Below, one piece after another: positions 1 to 13,552 of a stretch of 64,000 nucleotides of DNA. The position numbers and the translations under genes are program-made. Location of the stretch: assembly GCA_012026655.1 (NCBI GenBank), contig JAAILG010000627.1, positions 1 to 64,000 of the forward strand, written 5' to 3'. The notes beneath the pieces were generated by a model. That model saw nothing but the letters and a program-made list of their open reading frames with translations, was not told where the DNA came from and did no database searches. The first letter of the stretch is position 1. Each line of letters starts with the position of its first letter. The DNA comes from Hydrolagus affinis (taxonomy: Eukaryota).

Positions 1-26
1 GAAAATTTCCATATCGACGGACCCTA
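1..26 (-). mobile_element. Terminus of a hAT-type MITE, running off the window start
   Basis: The reverse complement of 1-26 (TAGGGTCCGTCGATATGGAAATTTTC) is identical to the left end of the MITE at 35613-35638. Confidence 0.85.
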
Positions 27-49
27 GTTTATCACAGAGCCTAAAAGGC

Positions 50-180
50 AATGTAAAAGGTTATCAGGAAGGTTGGTTGAGGCCAGGATGCCGAGTCTAA
101 TTTAAAACAGCTTGATGGCTATTCTGGAGGGATGAGATCAAATAGCTGAAGGGTTCTCTTGATCGCAAACGATCTCGTGA
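50..180 (+). mobile_element. Possible degraded CR1 LINE 3' end
   Basis: Loose resemblance to CR1 3' ends (tttaaaacagcttgat...gctgaagggttctctt); boundaries approximate. Confidence 0.3.
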
Positions 181-1007
181 GTGAGATTTTCAACATGATA
201 CATTAAACCCCATGGAAACAAATGCAAGCAGCCACTTAACAAAACACTTCTTGTGTTAATAAATTTAATAATGTGTTAAAAAGAAGATTGAGTTTTCCTT
301 GATATTAATTCTACAAATGTTAAAGCGAGTGCGCTTTTTGACAAGTTATTGGAAAGAGATTTTATTTTGACTCTCAATTGCAGTTCCACTGCTGATATAA
401 GCTACATTCTTCCCCCTTAGTCAGGGCATAAGCTTCAACCTTCAGGACACAAGCCATATCCCATACCCTTCATGTAACTACCAAAGTGCACAGTTTCTTA
501 CATTGCTTGTTTAGAGTCTGACAATGTGATATAATAACCGTTACTTTTGATATAATGCCTCATCGCTTCATCTGAGAGGCTTCATAGGATTCACTGTAAA
601 GTGTAGTGTTTGTGTATATGCAGGTGACTACAGTAGCCAATTTGCAGATAGCCATGTCCCACATAGAGTATGAAGTAGACGATCAGTTTTATGTTAGGAT
701 TGTTGGCTTGGACACCAGGAGAAGCTCCCTTCACTTGTAAATGTTTGTGAAAAAACGTCACCACATATAAAAGAATCAATACCTGTCTCTTGTTTTAGAG
801 CAATCTGTCTCTTATTTCACTCATGAGAAAGGCTTAAGAAAACATACTTGTGAAATAAAAGGCATCTTATCCACTTGATTCCTGTTATCCTCCATGAAAT
901 ATATCCTCTTTCAATCTGTGATTTGTCACCCCTTTACACAATATATTTTAATCACTTGTAAAAGTTATGTGGGTTCTCCTCAAAACATTGCTTTCATCAC
1001 CACTTTA

Positions 1008-1090
1008 TAGTAATAAGCCTTGCATTTGATATAGTGCCTTATCACATCATTGAGACATCTCAAAATGCTTCACAGGAATTATAGTAAATC
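1008..1090 (-). mobile_element. SINE 3' tail (L2-derived)
   Basis: ccttgcatttgatatagtgccttatcacatcattgagacatctcaaaatgcttcacag matches the tail repeated throughout the window. Confidence 0.8.
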
Positions 1091-1339
1091 CAACATTTAT
1101 ATCCTTAAATTGAAGCCTCCCAGACAAATACTTGAATCATTCTTTCCTCATTCAATCTTAATTTGGATGCTGGTTTTCCATAGATCTTAAAAAGAACTGG
1201 CTTCTAGATTGAGACTGAATTGAGGAATTTACTAGATTTTTGCACAATCTTAAATTATTTTTTTAAAAAAAAGTAATGTTCTTGCAAGCTAAAATGCGGT
1301 AGAATTTGAATACAGTTTTCATCAGACCTTATCTCCTGT

Positions 1340-1657
1340 TCTGCGGTATTTTGGAAGAACTATTCTTCAGATGAGACATTGTAGCAAAGTACCGTCTATC
1401 TAAGAGACAGGTATTCAGGTGAACGATAAAGATCCCATAACACGATTTGAAAAGAGGAGTTTATCCTGGTGTTCTGACCAATAATCCCCCAAAATAATTG
1501 GTGACTCATTCCACGGCTATTCGTGGGATATTGCTGTGCTCAATTAGCTGCTGCATTTGCCTACAAATACAGAGTCACTCCATTTCACAGTAAATCCTCT
1601 CTTTGAGATGTCCTTCTGATATGATGCCGCGCTATACCAAATGCGGCAATTATTATC
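1340..1657 (+). mobile_element. Deu-domain SINE, 5'-truncated
   Basis: ttcagatgagacatt...taaagatccca...gtgggatattgctgtgc...ctttgagatgtcc...gcgctatacc; collinear with the copies at 17085 and 57405. Confidence 0.75.
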
Positions 1658-1803
1658 TTGGGCTATTCATGTTTTCTATGGTGCTTGCATGGGGAATGAC
1701 CTCTTGTCAGGACCTCTTTGGGCTTTGAAAACGATCAGCAGACCCCTGTTATTGAAGACGGTTTCTTCCTTTCCAGTAAGGCCTTGCCAGCACATGTAAC
1801 AGC

Positions 1804-1870
1804 TACAACAACAACAAAATTACATTTGTATAGCGCCTTTCACATAGGAAGGACGTCCCAAGGTGCTGGG
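1804..1870 (-). mobile_element. L2-type 3' tail with (TTG)n end
   Basis: (CAA)n followed by ttacatttgtatagcgcctttcac...ggacgtcccaagg. Confidence 0.7.
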
Positions 1871-2799
1871 ACACACGTGGAGCCAAACTTCCTTCCTTTA
1901 CACTCTGTAGGTTCTTGGATTAATTCCTGGCCGGTGCCTTAGTTAGTTGATCACATGCAGGGCAAAGTTGTGCTTCATAATAAAATGATCAAATATCACT
2001 GTTGCTCACGAATAGTAATAGCATTAATGTAGAGCTTGACATTTTGGAAAAAAAAGCCTAAAGGTATTTCCAGCTACACCTGAAAAAAGGTAAAGGAAGA
2101 AAGTGAGTGGGCTTGTTGCAAAATAATGGACTGTACCTCTGCCTTAAGGTGGGTAAATTATAGCAGACATTTTTGCAAAGTGCTATACAACGCCTTTGGG
2201 TTACAATAAAGAGCAAAGGTTTATATATTTTTTGAATCCTTAAATATTTTCCTCCCTGTTCTTCACATCAACATGCAGGGCAGCTGCCTGGTGGCTTTCC
2301 CAGTTGGAGAGAAAGCAGTTTTTAAGTTTTGTAAGTAGGCCATGGACCATCGAAGGATATCCCCCAGGCTAACCAGTGTTGGAAAAAAAAAGGGCTATCC
2401 ATCTTTTTCATTCCTGCTGAAATCAAAGACTTTTGATGGTTTGCTGTGCAGTGCTTCGAAAATAAAGATAGAGGACAGAACAACGAAACCTTTAGCAATG
2501 ATTGCAAGTATGACCCAGAGGCATAAACATATCTGACTGCTCTCAAAATGTTAAAATACGTCAATAATCCATGACTTACTGTACCTTTTGCACCCCTCAA
2601 TTGAATTATTTGCCAACATAGCTGTCTGTTTCTCTCTTGAATGGTTGTTTAAAGCAATATGAAAACTGATTTAATTTCTCTCTAGACTTCTGTGATCTGT
2701 GTAAGTGCAGCTGCAAAATATGACTTTCCTGCACTAAAATACCAGATTGTTGTTACACGTAAAGGCATTGACAATTCCGGTGTCAATGGCATTTCTGGC

Positions 2800-2906
2800 G
2801 TACGAAGTACACAATCACTATACTTTAAAGTAAATCCTGTGAAGCATTTTGAGGCATATTCCCCATGTGAAAGGGGCTACAACTGATGAAAAGATTATTA
2901 TTATTA
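2800..2906 (+). mobile_element. SINE 3' tail
   Basis: cctgtgaagcattttgagg...gtgaaagg, ending in (TTA)n. Confidence 0.7.
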
Positions 2907-4239
2907 AAATTTCTCCTTGACAAATGTGCCGTGCATAATGCTAATCTGAAATTCAACCGATCAATAGTTGATAACATTTCACTGCATCCAGCAAGCCAGA
3001 ATTATTTTGCCAGTATGCATGTAAATCCTGTGACTAACCCCCCATAAACTCTGCGACTGCAGAATAGGTGTAATGCTGGGCACTAAGAAGGGTAATGTAG
3101 GTTCTTTAATTCTGGCTCCACTTTGTCCATTTCGATTGAATTACATTTCCTGTTCCCACCGCAACTGAGATTTCTGCGAGGCTGAATCACACCTTTGACA
3201 GCTCCTGATTACCAACAAGACTGGCAGAGTGGTGAAACGCTGTGAGCCTTCTGAGCACTGAACCCACCTGTGCCCCTGAGTCAGGTGTGAAAATTTAGAA
3301 TTGTGAGCTTACGTCCATTTCATGGACAAACAAAGAAAAAGTCAATTGTCCAAATGGAAAGGAAAAAAAAACACAGGTAAAAAGTGTGATTGATAAAGCT
3401 CCAAACATAAGGTGACATTGTAATGATTTGCTACGTAGCTTCCATTTAGGTGAGATCAGGACACCCTGAGCAAAGCTAATGGTGCACTGTTTTCTTTCTA
3501 CTTTCCTCCTATTTTACGGGTGGGTTTTGTTCTTCCATGTGCATTCATGCAGTTTGCTCACTGAGTAACCTGTCCAAAAACACTGGAAATACTCATCAGC
3601 TCTGCCGCAGCTGCCGAAAATGGTTCCTGCACATGTTTCTCGTCTTTGCACAGGTTGCTGATGGTAACGCGGTACGGGTGAATTCATTCGGTATAGTTAA
3701 CAGCAATGCTATTTGCTCTAAGTGACTCTGTTGCTAGATCGGATGATGATTTAACAGCTTTTATAGTTGGTATAGTTGGTTCAGTCAAGAATGGCACTGT
3801 CAAAGGCCTTAATATTTTATCAAGTGGATTATTTTGGCGTAATTGTTGCAATTGGCACACGTTGCTTCAGTGACACCTCGGACCAAGTTGGGATAATTAT
3901 AAGACTGGCACAGTGGCACAGCTGGTGCAGTTGGCAGAGTTACAGTCGCACAAATCAAACTGCGGTTGGTAATGTCATGACCGACACAGTTGGAGCACCT
4001 GACATTGCTGATGAAGGCGAAATCCTAAAACGGGCACAGTTGGTAAAGATGGCAGAGTTTGTACAAACATGCACATCTGGCACCAGTGAAATAGGGTGAC
4101 TGGCATTACCGCTATGTCTGGCTTGCTCGACACAAATGCTACATGTTGGCAAAAAGCTTGACTGCAGATAGTCAATCTGGCGTGTTATATCTCACGAGTA
4201 TTGGCAATGATCTATTGTGAAGACTCCTTGCTTTACTAC

Positions 4240-4350
4240 TACTGTGTGACGTTTGCCCACAGACACTTTACAGAGAATCCTGTGAAGTGCTTTGAGATAT
4301 CTCTCCATGGTAAAGACGTTATATCAAATGTAAGGGTTATTATTATTATG
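4240..4350 (+). mobile_element. SINE 3' tail
   Basis: cctgtgaagtgctttgagat...tatatcaaatgtaagg, ending in (TTA)n. Confidence 0.75.
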
Positions 4351-7300
4351 GAGAGGGATTATACTGTGTGAATTATTGTAAATTAACAAACAGATTGTAC
4401 ATTTAACTCACACACTTCAACTTTCAATTTGTATTCATTTCTGCAATGCAACATACAGAATATTGATACCCTGGTACTGGCAATTTGTAGTCCAATCTAA
4501 CATCACAGTAAAATATATAATCATGACATTCCTGATTATTATCTAATAATGTCATCAATAACAAGTTGTGAGCTAAATTATCTTGGACACTTGTTAAGCA
4601 TAGTTTTTTTTAAAAAAAATTAAATGCAACACTTTTTCCGGTCTTTCTGGAGGTCGTTTGAAGGACACCAATTAATGGTGTGTGTGTTGCAATCCATATT
4701 TACTCTGACAATTCTAATTTCAGAGACTGTGATGGGCTTAAATGAGGAGAGAAGCCCGTACAACCATGCTGACCTCAGAGGTGCCACAAAGTCTGCTCCC
4801 AGGGCAGATGGTGTGCCAAATTCTGCGACTGGGACATAGTGACAGAGCATTGCTTGAACTATTCTGGACACCGGACAAAAAGTTATAGGGTTGCTGACAG
4901 AAAGCACCTGCTAATGTCAGGCTTCTTCTGAATTCCTTACATTCATGCCCAGTAAGGGATTATTTTCAGTTGTGTGGAATGATGCCTGTGACATCAGGTG
5001 ACCCTCAGGGTCAGATGTGCTGTCTTTTTTTTCCACAGAAGTTTAAAGGAGCAACCATTTCATTTGAAATCAACAAAAGTGGCCACATTTCAACGATTAT
5101 TGATTCAGGGGGGAGCTTTGGCGCGGCTGCACTAATCTGCGAAAGAAATTGGACACTTGATGCCGTTTTTATGCTTGGTTTCCTAAGCTTGTAAATAGAA
5201 TTAATGAAATCGCGTCACTTTTTAATTTTGATAATGCAAAATAAAGGAATGCTTTTCTTTTCGCAGCTCAAAATACCAGAGATCTAACATTTTAAATTTG
5301 CCAGACGTGAGGTGACTATTTATTTACAAATTACAGCAAAGTTATTTCATTTCTTAAAGTTAACGCTGATGAAGGCAGCTAACAACTCTGATCTTTTTTT
5401 AGGCATAGGTATTTTGGACAAGTAAAAACCCGTGCCAGCAAGAATCTACTTGCAATCAGATATTTTTTGGTGACATTAATTGACACTGCCCCAAACAGGT
5501 CAGACTGTCTTTCTCTCTACACATCAGAGCATGACACAGCAGTCTATTTTGCCCCAAGGGATTTGAAATCAGATTCTAAATTAGGAAGCGGCAAGGCTCC
5601 CTTTGGTTGCTTTATGATAGGTTATCTTATATAAGCTGGATGTCAAACCATATATGAAATATTAGCATATTTATTTCACAGCTCAGCACAGATGGTTAGG
5701 TCCAGAGTATCTCATTTACACATTCGTTCCTCTATACTAACTGCTCACAATTATAACAGAAAAATTACATTATCTAACAGCATATAGTGCATGCCAAAAT
5801 TGGTTAGAATTGATAAAATATGACCTAGTTTGGACCTGCACTGTATGCATGCACTTCAAGTCCTGTAGCTTCTAATTCAAGATATTATGCATCAGTCCTC
5901 TAGGGTACACTTGAACCAAATCAGATACAGTATGTTGCTGCTTGGAATTTGCACATGATGAGATGCTGTAGTTAGCCGAAAAAGCATATTTCTTTTTTCA
6001 AAATGAAGAAAGCCTTGTTCTTTGACAACTGGTTGTTCTCAGCTGATTCCTATGCTGCATTCATCAAGACAGAAACCATGGCTAGAGACACGATTCAATC
6101 ACTTGACACTGATGTAGTAGAATTGAGGTATAATAATAGATGAGCCCGTCATTTTAAAACTTGTTTATGTATCAAACACCCATGTTTACATTTTTAGGTT
6201 TTATCCTGTTCCCCAGTTTGGTTTGGGTACTTGTTACTCTGTGCTGAATCATTCTTTAATTTCACAGTGTTATATTTGGTTCCAGCTTTGCGCAGGTTAT
6301 AAATTCAGCATTGGGTAAAATCATTAATGCTTCACTTAGGTGGTGTCTTTCACACCTCTGCTGCCTGTATCAGTACTGTAGTTGTTTAGCAATTGTTATA
6401 GATTGCATGGCATCTCAGACATGAATATTTGATGGATGACTAAAGACCGAATGGTAACATCCAACTGCAGTGGATCTCCTAGTTTATGGCATCTTCTCAA
6501 TGAGACATCTGTGAACTATGGAGCTCAGCTTAGTGACAAAGGTGATTAGAGGCGCGCGAGGGCATGTATTTTCAAATGAGTTTTTCAATGTTGCAAAGCA
6601 CACGGCTCACCTCATAATTGTCCATGATCCTGGCTTGTTGTGCTTTATTCCCTGATACTGAATCATTTTTGATTCAGTGAGTACATCTAGTAGTATGCAT
6701 GACAGACCTGATTTCCTCTTATTGTTTACTGCACTCTGACACAGGTGAATTAAGGAAAATCATGCAATATGAACGTTCTCTTTTCTGAACGGAGGTTAAT
6801 TTGATCTGAACTGGTTGCACTTTCTTGTGCTTTGTCTCAGGGGGGGATGGGACTTTCATTGCTTACAGTGAATACTTGCTTGCCAATCTTATACTAATTG
6901 GACAGTAATGTATAGCTGTGGTCAGCAAATATCTCCCAATACAGTTTTCTTTGGAGAGTAATCAACGCATTTCAGAAGACACATAGGCCTCAGAGACCTG
7001 AAACAACCTTGGTACAGCTAGCCTTTTAGTGGAAAGTACAGTTAATTTACAACACTCAGTACTTAAGTGCAGCCGTACATTGCTGAAGTCTCCATTTAAA
7101 GATCCCTTAAATCATTAAAACTGTGACTTGAATATTTAAGTGCAGCATTGCCCAGATCATCTCTTAGTCTTTCTTGTGAGATTACTAGCATTCTCTTTGT
7201 CTTTAATTTTTTGCGTTTTTTAAACTGCACAGATGAAGTCCAAAGTTGTGTCAAATGAAAAATCATTCATTTCTGAATATTTTATAATGGAGGGTGGGGG

Positions 7301-9527
7301 GCGGGGTGGGGGTGGTGAGGGAAACTCAGATACACGCGTGTTTGATTTGTATAAATGACTGATTAAAAGTGAGGACATCATGATTGGGTTTTAATGGCTG
7401 TTCCACTGACTGACTGTTAATCAATATATAGCTGCCGCCAACTAACATTTTCATAGATAATTAAAAGAGAGAATAATTGGTGGGGCTTTTTCATATCTAA
7501 TTAATTTCCCTTCCAGTGCTTTTTGTGTCTTGGCTCACCTTTTCGTCCCGAGTCACTTGTGCCCTCAGTGAATGTGAAATCTGCATTAACTGTATCGAAA
7601 GAGTATAAAGTGTGCATGACACAGGCCGGTCAGCGAACTACATCTTAAAATGATCAGTCTTAAAATCCAGGGCAGATATGCAACCTGTTAATCAACATCT
7701 TTATTGCACAACCTGTAATTTGTACTCAAAAGTACTCAAAACTGTTTGTTCATAATAGAATATTCTGTTCATATAGAACAGTTTGCAAAAATATGTGACG
7801 TGTAATGGTGTGCATGTGGAGTGGGGTGTGGGGACCAATGACAATCATCGTCATGTCAGCTTGTGTAGGTTGTTGAGTAAGCTACCGACATGGGGTGCAA
7901 AATCGCTAAATTTAACAAAATGATTACTTTGTTATTTTTAGCGCTTTGAGATGTCCTCCTGCTTTGGAAAGAGTTATACAACTGTCATTACAACTGTCAA
8001 CACCCAATATTAAACTGTACGTTTAGTAGGTGGCCTTTGAATGTCCTTCTCTATGTTGCATTCCTGGTGATGACTAAATATAATTTTCATTGATTTAGTA
8101 TAATAGGCAAGTGGTTAACTCGCTCTGGATTGATTTTAGGTAGTAATTAATATAAAAATTGCATAAAGTACTCATTAATTGTATCTCTCAGAACTGCACA
8201 TGAAACAATTTGAGTTATTTTATGCTGGCAATCCCATTACTATTCTTCAGGCTATAAAAGAAAGTCCATTCAGAGATCACACCTAACACATTTTTCACAT
8301 CAGTGGTATAAATTCCCTGAAAATGTACTGTGCGTAATCAATTTTAAATATAACAGGAAATCTTTACTTAAAAATCTGCTGAAAGCCAGCTGAAAGTTTA
8401 TTTAATTTGCAGTAAAATGTACATTAAAAAGCACTTGGGCAGTTTTAATAACAATATTTCCTAGTTTAGGACTTGTCAAATGCTGGGATACTCTTGCCTT
8501 CTGTTCATTTTGAAATAAAAAACTATAACTGTCAGGAATTTAGTTAAACTCAGGATTTAATGCTTTAAGAACTGTTCAAACATTTGAAACAAATAATCCA
8601 CTGTGCCCTGATTGCTAAAATTAAAAGCATTTCTACAGGAAGCTAGTTTGCGATATTTCTTAATGTGATTTCTTAGAAAAAACATTGAGCTTGTGATAGC
8701 AACTGGTAGGAATGTAGCTCCGACATCAGAGTGCAGTTCCTTTATGGAATTCTGAGGCCCCACTCAGAATGCTTAATTGAGAAACACACATAATTGACCA
8801 CAGTTAACTATAACTACTGGCTGCTATTTTAATCAAGAAATTACATTGGGATTTCAGTGGGTACAAGGATCGTCTACCGTGGTTGTGAAGAATCCATGGA
8901 GATCAGCCACTTGGGCGAGAAACTTAGAAGAAGGGGACAAGTCGAAAACAAAACTACCGAGTTAATGATCCCTCTGAAATCTACTTCATATTGCACATCA
9001 AATCGCTGCTAACTGTGGCTCCAGAAGAAAATGAAAACCTTCGGAGAACCAATTATCACCAATGGCTAAACCAGAAATCTTATTGCAACAATTCACTATT
9101 GGTATTTCTCATTATAAAGATTGGCAACATCCCTCTCCAACTCTTTTTCTGAAGTCAATTAAGATACATTGTGCCATTAATCCACACAGTGAAACTTACC
9201 CTGTGCTGGGTGACTGTATGAACAACCACAAGCTAATTCTCAGTTTTTCCCGGTCAAGCCGAAAAATGCTGAAGGCCAAGAACACAGTATTTAGGCAAAG
9301 AACAGAGAGAGAGAGAGCTGCTGAGCTGAGCAGATGCTCAGATTAGGTTGGGGGTTGGACAAAAGATTGCTATATGAAAAATAGTTGCTGTGTTTGCCTT
9401 TAAATCCACAGTAACTCCACTTGATAGCATTTTTCACTTGAAGCACTTTGGGACTTTGGGGGTTTATAGATGATGTATCAAACCTAAGGAAAGATACCAT
9501 GGTGCAAAGAATCCCTCCAGATAAAAT

Positions 9528-9700
9528 GATTCATTCACTTCATGGCTGTTTGCTAGCATTACTGTAGAAAATTGGCTGCCACATTTGCCTACCAATATGC
9601 AATCTCCACAGTAAATGCTATAAAGAGCTTTGAGACCTTTCAAAGGCATGATAAGATTCTATATAAAATGCAAGGATTGTAATTTAAAAATTATTATTAT
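9528..9700 (+). mobile_element. SINE 3' portion
   Basis: aattggctgccacatttgcctac...ctttgagacc...tatataaaatgcaagg. Confidence 0.7.
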
Positions 9701-11027
9701 TTGTTGAAACAGAAATGCTCAACCCTGTATATGGAGGATTTCTGGACGGCGCTGGGAGGGATGAAGGCGGGTGCCTGTGTACATAATAATTGGAAGGTGG
9801 GAAATAGGTGAGATTTATTAGTTAATTAAAAATATTTCAATTGAAAACTTGAATTTTCAGATGAATCATCACCCACTTCCCATGACACAGAGGTTACCGT
9901 TACATTTCTTCCAGCTCGACATTGCATGTTATGTGTCATTGTGATTCTTATAAATAGGAATGTCTGCAAGGCAGATATAATGAAGGCGACAAACCCACGT
10001 GAGGGCAGCAATGCTAATGGTTACTTTTCATGGCTTAAATAGCAGTAAATCATTTGTGTGGTTATATATATTCATGCAGTTTTACTTTAAACAAGGCCAG
10101 TGCAAAGCTTGCAATCAGGGCTATTCTGCCTCTGAGCTCTGTCTTGCTAATAGTCAGATTTAGCCACCTCTGCTCTTTTACTCCAGAGTAAAAAGCGATG
10201 TAAATGTGATGGGAGATATTCCAATTCAATCTGAAGTTAATCTGCGCTCAGCGGTGTATAAATGCAGATCCAGAATTATTCAGAGGCCAATCGCTCCTTT
10301 GACACTGACTGTAATACCTGCAGTAATTTCTACAGAGAAATCCAACTGATAACCATTGGACTGACAAAGCATGTGCCTGATCAACTCTCACCACACTTTT
10401 TAAAGCATCTTTATCCAAATCCATGCTGAACCTTTGCTTTAATGGTGTCACTTAGTCCATTTATGGCCAGGGATTATGGTCAAAGCACTGCAATAGTATC
10501 TAAATTAATGAATGGCTAGCGACTATTACACTTAGAATAGATTTACCTTTATTGAGCCTCTATCAAGGAAAATCATTTAGATTACTCTGTGTGACTGGAG
10601 ACCCGGTTCCTGGGAAGGATATAAGGTTTAATAATTTGTTTTGTGGTAATTATAGGACTGTCGTGGATGTAAGATATGTTTCCTCAGCTGTCAAATGCAG
10701 AAACTCCTGAAAGTTTGCTGAACCTCTGGTCAGATCCTGTGAGGGTACACAAGTTCTCCCATGTTTTCATTCTAGGGTGTCAGCACTCAATCTCAGTGGG
10801 TGGACAATATTCCTCAGATAGAGATGACTCATCCTTCTACTCCTCCATGAGAGTAAGCATCTAGCCTGTACTGTTCTGTACTGATGATGTTTCATCTCAC
10901 AAGCCAAAAGGAAGAGACTGTACAAGCTGTCAACAACGTGGCACAGTCTGTAGAGCAGAAGTTAGCCAGTTGCAGATTCAATTGTAAGACGAAGACTTAA
11001 AAAAAATGCTTCCTCTTTGGGATGCAA

Positions 11028-11100
11028 AACAACAACAACAACAATTTTGATTTATATAGTGCCCTCCACGCCGGACAGCGTCTCAGAGCGCTTCGCAAAG
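11028..11100 (-). mobile_element. L2 LINE extreme 3' tail
   Basis: The reverse complement closely matches the L2 end at 49835-49900, with a (TTG)n terminus. Confidence 0.8.
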
Positions 11101-12701
11101 CATTGCGGTAACATGTCCACTGACATCCAAAGTGTAGTGCACATTTCTAATGGAATATTGTTTAGTTATTCTACCATTGAAAAGATTCTAATGTAGTGAG
11201 TTCTACCAAATCTCCAGCCCCCCCCTTCCCTATCTTAAAATTACTGTAATATATCAATGTCTACCACTTATGCACTGCATTATAAAATTAGTGCATTGTG
11301 GAAGATGTGAAGTGGGATGAGGGTCAGGTGAAAACAAAGAGCTCCATCACTTTATTAAACAGTGACATTTCTTCATATTGCATCAATGCAGCATTGAGCT
11401 GAGAAAAAAGTATTTTCAAGGCTTCCTTAGAGCCATTGCCTCGGTGTACACAAAAGTCGCTTAAGAAATTGGATTGTTGTAAATTTGTACATGCACTGCC
11501 GAGTGTATTAGAGAATACTAGAATGGAATACAAGGACTAATGCCAGCAATGGTCCTGTGATACACTTTGCCTGGAAAGGCATGCCACTCTGGATGCTCAC
11601 TACTGACTTGCTTGGCTTGTCAATAGTCAATAGCAAGGTTCCAATTCCCAGTGGAAGCCTGTCTTACCATTGATAGTGACTTGTTTCACCTTGGGATGTG
11701 TATCTAGTTCTTGTTAATCTCTTGACAAACGGGCCTGAGTCCCTGAACGAGCATAAAGACTTAGAGCAACTGTGGTGCCTTTAATTCCTTTGACCCATTC
11801 TCCAATCTGAAGCACCACACAGTGTACTTAAACAGCGTAAAGTTTACTATACGCCAAAGGAAAAAAAAATCTGAATGTATTCTCAATATCCGCTTTCATA
11901 CAGTAACAAATCTCTATTACAAACAAACAGATGGTGACATGTTTTCTTTTATGCAGGCAATTTGAACTAGAAACTACTGTTCTGTTAGAGCTGCAGCGAA
12001 CTTTACATGCCTGTTGTCATTAATTAATGAGTTCATTCTCCCAACATTCTGCTCATGGAATCAGTCTGTTACATTATTTGTGGAAGAGCAACATTGACAG
12101 GCATTCTCTAAATGCAACAAGCCCAGCATGCTAAAATATATTCCCCTTTATTCACTTCTACAAGGTAGAATTAAAGCAGTTAACCAAATTTACGGGAGAG
12201 GGAGGATTATATAAATACCATCATGTATATGACTGCCATTGCAGTCTTTAACCCTGAGCTACACACTCTTTACAAGTTGCTGTAATGCCAATTGCAATAA
12301 CCCTTTGCTCTCGTCGTAAGCCTTTTTTCACTCATAAACCACAGTATTAATTTCAACGCAACCCTTTTCTGGCAAGGATAAAGTCTTAAAACAATGCTCC
12401 TTACCCCCTTCTGATACGTTGGAAACTCATACCATACTTACCAAACTAACAATGATAAAATGTTGAAACCTCTCTAAAAAACACAAATGTGATAATGGAA
12501 AATCACTGATAAACCAGTTGAAGTCTTCTCACCATTCCAAAGGATTAAATCTAATTTAACAAGGGAGCAGTAGAGACTAACTGCAATGTGCCATGTTTTG
12601 GCTCAGATTCCATTGCTGCTGAGTTATAATTAATGTTTGTTATTTCTATGAAAATTGGTATATTGGTAACATCAATTAATATTTGGTTGGCTCACTGCTA
12701 G

Positions 12702-12860
12702 TAATAATAATTATAATCCTTTAATTTGATATAGAGCCTTATAACATCGTTGAGACGTTTCAAAGCGCTTCACAGAATATGCCATCAAGTGAATTGACTG
12801 TATCTTTTGTGGCCAAAATGTGGCAGCCAATTGCTCTCGTCAGTGTCCCACCAACAACGA
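12702..12860 (-). mobile_element. SINE 3' portion
   Basis: (TAA)n...gatatagagccttataacatcgttgagacgtttcaaagcgcttcacag...gcagccaattg. Confidence 0.8.
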
Positions 12861-13394
12861 TGTGATCTACACAACGCACAGGATGGCACATTGCAATCTT
12901 TCGAGGGCCACATTCTGCGGGATGCTGTTATTTTCCACAGAGATCATCTGAAAGACAGTAGCACTTTTTCTCCCCAGATTCATCAGACAGATTCTGATAG
13001 TTAGGTAATTTCAAACCTGATAATTGTTTTTTTCTCAGTTTGCTTTGCTCCTGTTGATTTGCAAATAAAACTGGATAAATCTCGGGAGTTTAATCTGCCG
13101 TTTAAAATTCGGAGGTGTATTACTTTTTTTTTTTTTAAAACATGCAAGTTTGTGTGTCCATATGGTCAGTTTCTGTGCACCAACAGTTGCCATGGGCTCT
13201 GGGATACATCACCTGAACCAGCAGATGGTGCTGCAGCAAAACAGAGAGGAAAAAAGTTATGCAGGAAAAAAAGTTCGATAAGATAAACTTTTAGGGAATT
13301 CTCCAGTAGATTTCCAGGAAAGTGTGAATTCATTGACAAGTGAAGAGGAGTTTCTCCCTGTGTCGTGGCCAACAATCTTAACTCCCGTGACAAA

Positions 13395-13552
13395 CTGGTT
13401 CATTTCAAATTCCTCTGCACAAATTAGCTGCCTTATGCACCTAAAATCTAGTTAGACAGTTTGCTGTATAGTAAATCCTGTAAAGTGCTTTGAAGTGTCC
13501 CCCAATGTGAATTGAATTATTTTAAATGCAAGGATTACTATAATTTTATTAT
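13395..13552 (+). mobile_element. SINE 3' portion, diverged
   Basis: gcacaaattagctgcc...cctgtaaagtgctttga...aaatgcaaggatta. Confidence 0.65.
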
